NCBI GenBank assembly: GCA_030693205.1
Contig: JAUYBG010000011.1
Span: forward strand, 1-54,792
Length of the DNA stretch: 54,792 bases
Direction of reading: 5' to 3'
DNA from: a bacterium
Lineage (GTDB): Bacteria > Patescibacteriota > Minisyncoccia > JAHIHE01
The notes beneath the pieces were generated by a model that was not told the DNA's origin, ran no database searches, and worked only from the letters and a program-made list of their open reading frames with translations. The translations under genes and the position numbers were made by a program. Of the stretch, positions 45,259 through 54,168 are shown piece after piece; position 1 is the stretch's first letter; every line of letters begins with the position of its first letter.

Positions 45259-45300
45259 GACAAAAATAATGAAATTATTTAAGCGTATTAGTATAAAATA

Positions 45301-46098
45301 CTAGTCATTTATTATTTTTTTTATTTCCGACAAAAGCGGTTCTTGAGCAACAATCAGTATTTTTTTGTCAAAATTATTTTTTATCCATTCTGTTTTATAG
45401 CCTGCTTCTCGCATAATAATAATCCTCGGCGCCACATCCTGTAATTTAGTTTCATCTTCAATTCTGACATAAGCGTCAAAAGCGCCAGTAACAAGGTATA
45501 TATTTAAGGCTCCTCCGCTCATTCTTGTCCTATAGCTTTTTTCTATAATTTTATTAAGTTTTTCCAGCATCCATTCTCTTTCTTTTTGTTCCTTATCTCT
45601 AAAACTGCGAAAATCCACATCAATAATCGCTCTATCAAAAGAAACCGGGGACTTCGGTAAAATCAATTTATTATTCAGGAAAGCCCCGTTACCCTCAAAA
45701 GCGGAAAAAAGCTGTTTTGAGACCGGATTATATATTAGCCCCAATACTGTTTTTTTTTCAAACCGTAAAGCAATATGAACATAAAAAATCGGCGTCTGTT
45801 TGGCGTAAAGTTTTGTTTGATCTATAGGATCCGCCAGCCATTGATAGGGCGATTTGGCATTCACGCGCTCCCCTTCCTCGCCCCAAAATCCATGATCCGG
45901 CCATTTGCCTATAATTTTTTCTTTAAGAAAGTTTTCTATTTCAACATCGGCTTTCGTCGCGATATCGCGGCTGTCTTTTTGCTTTGATATTTCTATTTTA
46001 TCCCAGCTTTCCAAAGCCATTCCCCCTGCCTGTTTTATTATCGGCGTCAAAAAATCCATCGCTTCGCTTAAAAATTCTTGTGTCGGTTGTTCGGACAT
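45301..46098 (-). CDS. Inositol monophosphatase family protein
   Basis: FWGEEG, WLADPIDQT, SGGALNIYLVTGAFDAY. The ATG at 46098 avoids overlap with the upstream PMM gene. Confidence 0.8.
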   Translation of the reverse strand: MSEQPTQEFLSEAMDFLTPIIKQAGGMALESWDKIEISKQKDSRDIATKADVEIENFLKEKIIGKWPDHGFWGEEGERVNAKSPYQWLADPIDQTKLYAKQTPIFYVHIALRFEKKTVLGLIYNPVSKQLFSAFEGNGAFLNNKLILPKSPVSFDRAIIDVDFRSFRDKEQKEREWMLEKLNKIIEKSYRTRMSGGALNIYLVTGAFDAYVRIEDETKLQDVAPRIIIMREAGYKTEWIKNNFDKKILIVAQEPLLSEIKKIIND

Positions 46099-46126
46099 AG
46101 TAATAAATTTTAAGAAATTATTTTTT

Positions 46127-47560
46127 TTAATCCAATGATTCAAGGTTAACGCACAAATCATCTTCCCAAATCATATCCGGATAGCTTTTTAAAAGATTTT
46201 TTACATATCTCTTCCGTTCATCGTATTTTGCCTGATCTTTTGCTTCAAACTTTACAGTAATATACGGACCGTTTTGCGAATAGCGGAATATCATCATTCC
46301 GTCCGGAAAATCAGCTCGCGTTCCGTCATCATCAGGTATAATTCTAGAATCAGTAATTTCCGCGTCCGGAAAATCTTTTTTAAATTTAACCGATAAATCT
46401 TTAATTACCTCAGCCTTTTTTTCATCCAAACAGCCGATTTTAATTTCCGGCGAAGCAATAAATTTGGGAAAACTTTCGTAAAGCTGGCTCAAAGTCAGAT
46501 TTCTTTCTCCCAAATATTCCATTATTCGTAATGCCGCATAAGTGCCATCATCGTGGCCATAAGCATTGTCAGCAAAGAAAAAATGGCCGGATAATTCACC
46601 GCCAAATGCCGCACTCACTTCGGCAACTTTTTGTTTGATAAAAGTATGTCCTGTTTTCCACATTACCGGTATGCCTCCGTTCCGCTTTACCACTTCGCGG
46701 ACAATTTGCGAACAAAGAGTATTAAAAACAATTTTTGAGCCCGGAAAACGCTCTAGAATTTCTTTGGCGAATATCGCCACCAAAACATCATTCCATAGAA
46801 TATGGCCTTTCTCGTCCACAATCCCGATCCTATCGCCATCTCCGTCAAACATTACACCCAAATCCGCTTTGTTTTCCAACACCGCTTTTGCTAATCTGTC
46901 AGCCACTTTTTTCGAGGTTGGATCAGGCGTTCCAACTGGAAAACTTCCGTCTACATTTATATTTTTGCCAATAACTTCGCAGCCAGCCTTTGTGAGTATT
47001 TCAGGAATATACATTCCTGTTGTTCCGCATCCGGAATCAACAACTACTTTGAATTTTTTCTTTAAAACAATTCTTTTCAAAACATCATTTTGATAATCTT
47101 CAGTTACATTTTTTTCTTCATAACCGCCTTCCTCGCTGGATTTAAAATAATTTTCATCTTCAATGGTTTTTCTTATTTCTTGCACTTCTTGAGAACCGGT
47201 CGTTTGAGAATAGCCTATCGCCAATTTCATTCCGTTATAATTGGCCGGATTATGCGATGCGGTAATCATCACGCCGCCATTTGTCTGATAGCGATATTGA
47301 GCGTAATACATCATCTGAGTCATAACTATCCCCAAATCTATAACACTGACTCCCATAGCGCGCAATCCTTTTATCATAGCGGTTTTATAGGCTGGTCCGG
47401 TTAGCCGACAATCATATCCCACTACCGCTTGGCGAATTTTTTTTCTTCTTAAAAAAGTTCCATAACCTTTGCCGATCGCTTCAACTTTCACGGGATCTAA
47501 ATCTATATCCGCTACTCCTCGAATATCATAATTCCTAAAAACATTTGGATTTATTTTCAT
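46127..47560 (-). CDS. Phosphomannomutase / phosphoglucomutase (alpha-D-phosphohexomutase)
   Basis: TASHNPANYNG (active-site Ser), FDGDGDR (Mg site), GELSGH. Confidence 0.9.
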   Translation of the reverse strand: MKINPNVFRNYDIRGVADIDLDPVKVEAIGKGYGTFLRRKKIRQAVVGYDCRLTGPAYKTAMIKGLRAMGVSVIDLGIVMTQMMYYAQYRYQTNGGVMITASHNPANYNGMKLAIGYSQTTGSQEVQEIRKTIEDENYFKSSEEGGYEEKNVTEDYQNDVLKRIVLKKKFKVVVDSGCGTTGMYIPEILTKAGCEVIGKNINVDGSFPVGTPDPTSKKVADRLAKAVLENKADLGVMFDGDGDRIGIVDEKGHILWNDVLVAIFAKEILERFPGSKIVFNTLCSQIVREVVKRNGGIPVMWKTGHTFIKQKVAEVSAAFGGELSGHFFFADNAYGHDDGTYAALRIMEYLGERNLTLSQLYESFPKFIASPEIKIGCLDEKKAEVIKDLSVKFKKDFPDAEITDSRIIPDDDGTRADFPDGMMIFRYSQNGPYITVKFEAKDQAKYDERKRYVKNLLKSYPDMIWEDDLCVNLESLD

Positions 47561-47593
47561 AGGTTTTTTTATTGTTTAATTAATTTTTTAAAT

Positions 47594-48798
47594 TTAAAAA
47601 TTATTTTTCTCCAAATCCCTTTTAACAATATCCCCCGGCAAAGTCATGCATCCGGGATTAATTTTAACTCCCGGATAGAGAGAAGTATGGATACCGGTTT
47701 TGCAATTATCACCCATAATTACGCCGAGTTTCTGCCGACCAGTGTCTTTTAGCTCACCTTTAATCATGCATTTGATATTTTTCCAGTCATGCCGCAAATT
47801 CGCCGTAATCGTTCCGCCGCCCAAATTGCAATTATCGCCAATGATGGAATCGCCGACATAAGACAAATGCGCGACATTCGTATTGCCGCCGATGATAGAA
47901 TTTTTGATTTCCACCGCGTTGCCTATGTGAGAATTATTTCCAATTACCGTAAAAGCGCGAAGGTAACAATTCGGACCGATTATGCAATTCTTACCGATCA
48001 TTACCGGACCTTCAATATAGCTTCCGGATTTAATTAAGGTATTGACGCCTATGGAAACTTTGCCTTTTAAAATCGCGCCTTTTTCTATTATAGATTTTTT
48101 GCTTTTAATAGGCTTATTTCTGGACAGCATAAACTCATTAGCTTCCAATAAATTCCACGGATAGCTTACCGCGTGCCAAAAACCTTTCACCTCTTCGTAA
48201 TCCACTTCTGTCTTACCCGCCAATTCGCTTACCGCATCAGTCAGTTCATATTCTCCTCTAACTGATTTTTTGACATTTTTATCGCCTCAAATATTTCTTC
48301 GCTCAACACGTATAAGCCCGTGTTCGCCAGATCAAAAACGAACTCCTTTGGTTTTTCTACGATTTTTTTGACTTTTCCATTTTCCAATAAAAGCACGCCA
48401 AACCGGCTCGGGTCTTCAGCTTTTTTCGCCAAAACGCAATTTTTATGTTTCAAACAATTCTTAATATCTTCTTTGTGATACAAATCGTCGCCATTCATTA
48501 CAATAAAACTTCCTTTAATTTTTCCTTCTACCATTCCCAAAGCATGAGCCGTGCCCAAGCGTTCTTTTTCTTCTATATAATTTAATTTGATTTTCCCAAA
48601 ATTTTCTCCGGCGTGTTTTTTTATCATTTCTTCCTTATAACCGATCACTATGATCACTTCATCAACCAAGCTTTCCAGCTCTATCAAGTTATGTTCTAAA
48701 ATAGTTTTACCGGCCGCTTTCAAAAGCGGCTTAGGCTTGGTCAGGGTAAGCGGATATAAGCGGGTTGATTCACCGGCGGCTAAAATTATGGCTTTCAT
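47594..48798 (-). pseudogene. GlmU-like bifunctional sugar-1-phosphate nucleotidyltransferase / hexapeptide acyltransferase, split by a 1-nt frameshift in an A6 run
   Basis: N-terminal ORF 48241-48798 (AIILAAGESTRLYPLT...). C-terminal LbH ORF 47594-48223. The conserved RGEYELTDAV is readable only in the second frame. Adding one A at 48266-48271 restores MSKKSVRGEYELTDA. Confidence 0.8.
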
Positions 48799-48946
48799 AA
48801 TGCTTTTTAATTATCAATATTTATGCTATTATCTTATCATATAAGCATAATTTGTCCATAATTAATTGAATGTAGAAAGTGGAAAGTTGAGAGTAGTAAA
48901 AAGTTAATTAAACTACCTTCTACATTCTACTTTCCGCTCTCCAAAT

Positions 48947-49276
48947 ATGACTTTCGAAGAATATCAAACCCAATCCCGCAAAACCGCGAAATATCCAAAC
49001 GCGGGAAATAATTTTATCTACCCCACTTTGGGTCTCGCCGGTGAATCCGGCGAAGTGGCGGAAAAGATCAAAAAAGTCTTGCGCGATAAAGGCGGAATTA
49101 TTGACGAAACAATAAAACAGGAAATTACCAAAGAGCTTGGCGACGTGCTTTGGTATGTAGCGCAGCTTAGCACAGAGCTGGGATTATCTCTGGATAACGT
49201 TGCCGCGGAAAATATCAAAAAACTCTTTTCACGCCTGGAAAGAGGCAAGCTCGGCGGCAGCGGAGATAATAGATAG
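48947..49276 (+). CDS. MazG nucleotide pyrophosphohydrolase domain protein
   Basis: LGLAGESGEVAEKIKK and ELGDVLWYVAQL are the paired EExxE/D metal motifs. Confidence 0.8.
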   Translation: MTFEEYQTQSRKTAKYPNAGNNFIYPTLGLAGESGEVAEKIKKVLRDKGGIIDETIKQEITKELGDVLWYVAQLSTELGLSLDNVAAENIKKLFSRLERGKLGGSGDNR

Positions 49277-49424
49277 TAAACACTTATACGCTCAGCCTGT
49301 CTTGACATTTACTTTTTATTGATGCAGTCTAGCGATAACATTCAAAGCCTTTGGAGTGAATAGAAGGGGAAAAAATGGAAATAATAGGTACTATAAAGAA
49401 ATAGTCTAAAAAATAATTAAAAAT

Positions 49425-49460
49425 GCCAGGGATTTTATCCCCCCCCTGGCTTCTTTTTTT
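49425..49460 (+). terminator. Rho-independent terminator
   Basis: GCCAGGG-N12-CCCTGGC followed by TTCTTTTTTT. Confidence 0.6.
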
Positions 49461-49487
49461 GACATCTAAGCCAAAATTTGCTAGGTT
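49459..49487 (+). promoter_or_regulatory. Promoter TTGACA-17-TAGGTT, copy A of a duplicated 35-bp promoter block
   Basis: TTGACATCTAAGCCAAAATTTGCTAGGTTTAAATA matches 52812-52846 at 31 of 35 positions. Confidence 0.5.
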
Positions 49488-49523
49488 TAAATAATAAAAT
49501 AATTAGATAAAATAATAATACAT

Positions 49524-49970
49524 ATGAATTCCTATCTTTTAGTGATTGCGGGACTTATTCTTTTGGTCAAGGGCGCGGATTATCTTGTCGATGGAGCTTC
49601 ATCGCTGGCAAAACGATTCAAGATCCCGGATCTGGTCATCGGGCTCACTGTCGTCGCTTTCGGAACTTCAGCCCCGGAGCTGATCATAAACATCCTTGCC
49701 AGCCTTCAAGGTAATACCGAAATTGCCGTCGGCAATATCGTGGGCTCCAATATTTTCAATATATTTTTTATCTTAGGGGCAAGCGCGATTATCAGCCCTC
49801 TGCCTTTTGACCCGATAAATAATATAGATATGATTATGACAATTGGCGCAAGTTTTCTTCTATTTCTCGCTATGTTTATCGGCAAAAAACATATACTGGA
49901 AAAATGGCAAGGCATATGTTTTATTATTATATATTTCGGTTATCTGTCTTTTTTAGTTTCAAGAGGATAA
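49524..49970 (+). CDS. Half-size Ca2+/cation antiporter (single Na_Ca_ex repeat)
   Basis: GLTVVAFGTSAPELIINI alpha-repeat. Only 148 aa with about 5 TM helices, against about 320 aa and two repeats in YrbG-type proteins. Confidence 0.7.
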   Translation: MNSYLLVIAGLILLVKGADYLVDGASSLAKRFKIPDLVIGLTVVAFGTSAPELIINILASLQGNTEIAVGNIVGSNIFNIFFILGASAIISPLPFDPINNIDMIMTIGASFLLFLAMFIGKKHILEKWQGICFIIIYFGYLSFLVSRG

Positions 49971-49992
49971 ATTAAAGATTAAATTAAATGCG

Positions 49993-52701
49993 TTAAACGT
50001 TATTGATCCCTTTTGCCCTTCGTCGGAAAAACTTCCGCACTTCTTCAACTAAAACAATAGAAAAAGCAACCATTATTATTTTCAACCAATCGGAAGTTTC
50101 CAGCGGTACAGTATTTAGAATTTTTTGCATGAATGGCGCATATACTGCGGCAAGTTGAAGCGAGATTACAACGAACATCGCGCCAAAAAGATATCTATTG
50201 GAAAAAGGGTTCATCTGAAAAATCGATTTATCTTCGCTTCGGCAATTCCATGCGTTAAACCACTGAAATACCGCTAGTACCGTAAGGGAAACCGTCCAGG
50301 CTTTTGCCAAATCAGTTTCAAAATACCCTCTAAACAGATAAAGTGTTCCAATTGCCATTGTAAGCGCCATAAGTATCATTCTTTCCAGCATTAATCCATC
50401 GACTAAATATTTATTGGGACGCTTAAATGCTCCATTCAGCAAGCCTTTTTCTTTTGGTTCCATTGCCAGAGAAACAACAAGAAAACCATCGGTCACAAAA
50501 TTAAGCCAAATGATCTGAGACGGTAAAATTGGAAGCCCGAATCCCAAAACAATCGCTCCAACAATCGTAAACACTTCTCCCGCGCTTGTGGAAAAAAGAT
50601 AAAGAGCGACTTTTTTTATAGTCTTATAGATATTTCTTCCTTCCTCGGCCGCCGAAACAATACTGCCGAAATTATCATCGAGCAAAATAATATCCGAGGC
50701 TTCTTTCGCCACTTCGGTTCCAATTTTACCCATTGCCACGCCAAGATCCGCCGCGACAAGCGATGGAGCGTCATTCACTCCATCTCCTGTCATCGCCACA
50801 ATTTCCCCTCTCTTCCGATATGCTTGAATGATTCTAAGCTTATGCTCCGGAGTAACGCGCGCAAAAACACTCGTAGAAGCAAGTTTTTTTGACAAAATTT
50901 CATCATCCATGATATCAATATCTTCTCCCGTAATCGTAATATCGCCATCGTGAAAAATTCCCGCGTCGCGCGCGATCGCTTCCGCGGTAAAAGGATGATC
51001 CCCCGTGATCATTACCACTCGCATACCGGCGCAACTGACTTTTTTCATTGCCGGAATAACTTCCGGCCTTAAAGCGTCTTTGATGGCAAAAAATCCCACA
51101 AAAGCGAGAGGCGGCATTGAATCATGACTTAAAAAATTACCGGCATCGCTGTTTATCGCATACGCTACTACGCGGAATCCTTGTTTTGCCAGATCAAAAA
51201 ATACCGCATCCAGATCTTCTTTTTCATGAGAAGCAAACTTTTCCGATTTTCCTTTATGCCATACTTTCCTGCACATCGCTAAAACTTTTTCCGGAGCGCC
51301 CACCACGCACAAAAAATTTTTCCCATCCAAGGCGCGCATGCTGGCGTGATACTTATGCACATAATCGAAAGGAAGCTCTGAAACTATCGAGGCTTCTCTT
51401 TCCAAAACATTTTTATGGAATCCGATCTTTTTAGAAAAAACCAGCATCGCCGCTTCGGTCGGATCCCCGGACACATTCCAGGTATTTGTTTCTTCCACCA
51501 GCGACAGCCTCGCGTTCGCGCAAAATGCCGCGATCTTGCCGCTCAAAATCAACTCGGGGTGATTCAAATGGTCCACCACTTTACCATTAAAACTAATTTC
51601 GCCTTTTGGCTCATATCCGATTCCTTTCACTTCAAAAAACTTATTGTCCGCGTAAACTTTCTGAATAATCAATTCGTTTTTGGTCAATGTGCCTGTTTTA
51701 TCAACCGCGATAATTCTCGTCTGCCCCAGCGCTTCCACCGCTTGAAGCTTTTTAACCAGCACATTGCGCTTGCTCATTCTTTGAACACCCATTGCTAAAA
51801 CCAAAGTCATGACAATCGGAAGTCCTTCGGGAATCACGGAAACAGATAAAGCAACGGCAACCATAAACATTTCCTTCAATGAATTTCCCATGGAAACGCC
51901 ATAAATTATAATAAAAGAACTGATAATAAAAACGGCAAACACGATCAGCCGAGAAAGATAATGAATATTTTTTTTCAAAGGAAGCTCAGTGTTGATGTCG
52001 GTGATTTTTTGCGCTATCTTGCCGAATTCCGTAGCCAATCCGGTAGCGATGACTATTGCTTTGCCATTGCCGTTTACAATATTCGTACCGCTAAAAATCA
52101 TATTCCTTTGATCCGCCACCGGCAAATTTTCAATTTCCAGTACGGCGCTATTTTTTAAAACCGGCTCCGATTCTCCGGTAAGGCTCGCTTCATTTACCTT
52201 AAGCGCGTTGGCGGAAAGAATCCTTGCGTCTGCCGGAACTTTCTCGCCTTCTTGAATAAAAATAATGTCGCCCGGCGCCAAATCAACGCTTTTGATGATC
52301 ATTTCTTTATTGTCGCGCATGACTGTCGCCAGAGTTTCTATGAATTTTTTTAAAGCCAGAAGCGTATTTCGCGCTTTTCCTTCTTGGATCGTTCCGACGA
52401 TCGCGTTAAAAAAAAGCACGGCAAAAATAATAATGCCGTCCGCGGTTTCGCCCATTGCAAAAACTACCAAAGCCGCGGCAACTAAAATATAGATCAGCGA
52501 ACTTTGAAATTGCCGGAAAAAAATAACCGCCAAACTGTCAACTTTCGCCTCCGGCAATTTATTGAAACCATATTCTCCAATTCTTTTTTCCGCTTCTTTC
52601 TTAGTCAAGCCATATTCGCTTGAATCAAGCATTTCAAAAATTTCATTGGCGGTTTTCCTGTACCAATTATTTTCTGCTGCGATATTCTCTTTTGTTTCCA
52701 T
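49993..52701 (-). CDS. P-type cation-transporting ATPase (Ca2+-ATPase-like, type IIA/IIB)
   Basis: TGESEPV, DKTGTLT, MITGDHPFTA, TGDGVNDAPSL. 902 aa with 10 predicted TM segments. Confidence 0.92.
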   Translation of the reverse strand: METKENIAAENNWYRKTANEIFEMLDSSEYGLTKKEAEKRIGEYGFNKLPEAKVDSLAVIFFRQFQSSLIYILVAAALVVFAMGETADGIIIFAVLFFNAIVGTIQEGKARNTLLALKKFIETLATVMRDNKEMIIKSVDLAPGDIIFIQEGEKVPADARILSANALKVNEASLTGESEPVLKNSAVLEIENLPVADQRNMIFSGTNIVNGNGKAIVIATGLATEFGKIAQKITDINTELPLKKNIHYLSRLIVFAVFIISSFIIIYGVSMGNSLKEMFMVAVALSVSVIPEGLPIVMTLVLAMGVQRMSKRNVLVKKLQAVEALGQTRIIAVDKTGTLTKNELIIQKVYADNKFFEVKGIGYEPKGEISFNGKVVDHLNHPELILSGKIAAFCANARLSLVEETNTWNVSGDPTEAAMLVFSKKIGFHKNVLEREASIVSELPFDYVHKYHASMRALDGKNFLCVVGAPEKVLAMCRKVWHKGKSEKFASHEKEDLDAVFFDLAKQGFRVVAYAINSDAGNFLSHDSMPPLAFVGFFAIKDALRPEVIPAMKKVSCAGMRVVMITGDHPFTAEAIARDAGIFHDGDITITGEDIDIMDDEILSKKLASTSVFARVTPEHKLRIIQAYRKRGEIVAMTGDGVNDAPSLVAADLGVAMGKIGTEVAKEASDIILLDDNFGSIVSAAEEGRNIYKTIKKVALYLFSTSAGEVFTIVGAIVLGFGLPILPSQIIWLNFVTDGFLVVSLAMEPKEKGLLNGAFKRPNKYLVDGLMLERMILMALTMAIGTLYLFRGYFETDLAKAWTVSLTVLAVFQWFNAWNCRSEDKSIFQMNPFSNRYLFGAMFVVISLQLAAVYAPFMQKILNTVPLETSDWLKIIMVAFSIVLVEEVRKFFRRRAKGINNV

Positions 52702-52811
52702 ATAACTATAATTAATTTATACTATTGCCTTTTTAATTTTACCATTTTTATAACAAAACACAAAATTTATAAATTTAAACAATTCGACTCATGGCCTTAT
52801 CGCCTTTTTTA

Positions 52812-52840
52812 TTGACATCTTAGCCAAAATTTGATAGATT
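52812..52840 (+). promoter_or_regulatory. Promoter TTGACA-17-TAGATT, copy B of the duplicated promoter block
   Basis: TTGACATCTTAGCCAAAATTTGATAGATTTTAATA. Confidence 0.5.
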
Positions 52841-52867
52841 TTAATAGCTATTCAAACAAATATTACC

Positions 52868-53029
52868 GTGATGCTTTGAAAATTTCTGCAAAAGCGCATT
52901 TTGGCGATAACATCAAACAGGTATTTACTTCAAGTTACCAAAAAGCCAAAATTCGAGTGAGGCACGAAAAAACGATTAATAGCAAATAGTACCTGCCGAA
53001 CGTCTTTAAAGAAATTTTCAAAGTATCAC
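52868..53029 (+). ncRNA. Candidate structured RNA (162 nt) closed by a 20-bp helix; 6S-like rod or ychF leader
   Basis: GTGATGCTTTGAAAATTTCT (52868-52887) pairs with AGAAATTTTCAAAGTATCAC (53010-53029) with one G-U. Further inner pairs include CAGGTA/TACCTG. It starts about 20 nt after the predicted transcription start. Confidence 0.35.
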
Positions 53030-53069
53030 AAGTTTATATATCACAAGTTTATAATTTAAGATTAATCTT

Positions 53070-54152
53070 ATGTCATTCTCTATCGGTATCGTGGGCCTGC
53101 CAAATGTGGGGAAATCCACTCTTTTCAAAGCCTTGACCAAAAAACAAGTAAATATCGCCAATTATCCCTTTTGCACCATTGATCCGAATGTCGGAGTGGT
53201 AAAAGTGCCGGATATGCGTCTCGAAAAACTGGCCAAGATGTCCGAATCGGCAAAAATCGTGCCGACTGCCGTTGAATTTGTCGATATCGCGGGACTCGTC
53301 CGCGGCGCCAATAAAGGCGAGGGCTTAGGCAACCAATTCCTAGCCAATATCCGCGAAGTAGACGCTATCGCCCAAGTGGTGCGCGTATTTGAAGATAAAG
53401 AAATAATCCATGTGGATAAAGACCTGGATCCCAAAAGAGACATCGAAACGATCAATACGGAATTAATTATAAAAGATCTGGAGGTTTTGGAAAAAAGGAT
53501 CGCAAAGATCCTTGGCGAAGCCAAAGCCGGGAAAAAAGATAAAGTCATCGAAATGGAAAATCTGACCGCCATCAAAACTCTTTTGGAAAAAGGAAAGCTC
53601 CTGTATGGCGCCGATTTTGAGGAGCCGGCGCAGAAACTCATCAAAGAAATGCAGCTTTTAACCGCCAAACCGATGCTTTTCGTTTTTAATAAAAAAATCG
53701 AAGCGTCCACCGATGAGAAAAAATTGGAAAAATTACTGTCCGACCTGGGCATCAAAGCGGCATATGTGGCAGTTGACATAAAGATGGAATCGGATCTATC
53801 CGAACTTTCCGAGGAAGAAAAAACAAGCTATAAAAAAGACCTGGGAATAAACGAGGACGGCATTGATAAATTGATAAAAAAATCTTACGAACTTCTGGGT
53901 CTCGTCACTTATCTTACGACTGGCAAAGACGAAACTCGCGCCTGGACCGTAAAAAAAGACTCAAAAGCGCCCCAAGCCGCCACCGCCATCCATACTGATT
54001 TTGAAAAAAAGTTCATCCGTGCCGAAGTGATCAACTGGCAAAAACTGCTTGAAGCCGGGAGCTGGAGCGCGTCCGCGGAACTGGGAATCCTCCGCACCGA
54101 AGGCAAAGAGTATATCGTGCAAGACGGAGACGTAATAGAGTTTAAAATTTAA
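53070..54152 (+). CDS. ychF: Redox-regulated ATPase YchF (Obg-like GTPase family)
   Basis: GIVGLPNVGKSTLFKALT, DIAGLVRGA, C-terminal TGS-like RTEGKEYIVQDGDVIEFK. Confidence 0.95.
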   Translation: MSFSIGIVGLPNVGKSTLFKALTKKQVNIANYPFCTIDPNVGVVKVPDMRLEKLAKMSESAKIVPTAVEFVDIAGLVRGANKGEGLGNQFLANIREVDAIAQVVRVFEDKEIIHVDKDLDPKRDIETINTELIIKDLEVLEKRIAKILGEAKAGKKDKVIEMENLTAIKTLLEKGKLLYGADFEEPAQKLIKEMQLLTAKPMLFVFNKKIEASTDEKKLEKLLSDLGIKAAYVAVDIKMESDLSELSEEEKTSYKKDLGINEDGIDKLIKKSYELLGLVTYLTTGKDETRAWTVKKDSKAPQAATAIHTDFEKKFIRAEVINWQKLLEAGSWSASAELGILRTEGKEYIVQDGDVIEFKI

Positions 54153-54168
54153 AATATTTTTTCCTTTT

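Noticed and set aside
49299-49460. Possible second sRNA between mazG and the 49425 terminator, driven by the TTGACATTTACTT motif at 49301
   Set aside because: No acceptable -10 hexamer is found at 16-18 nt from the -35. Only a 9-codon ORF is present. The terminator can be explained as the mazG terminator.
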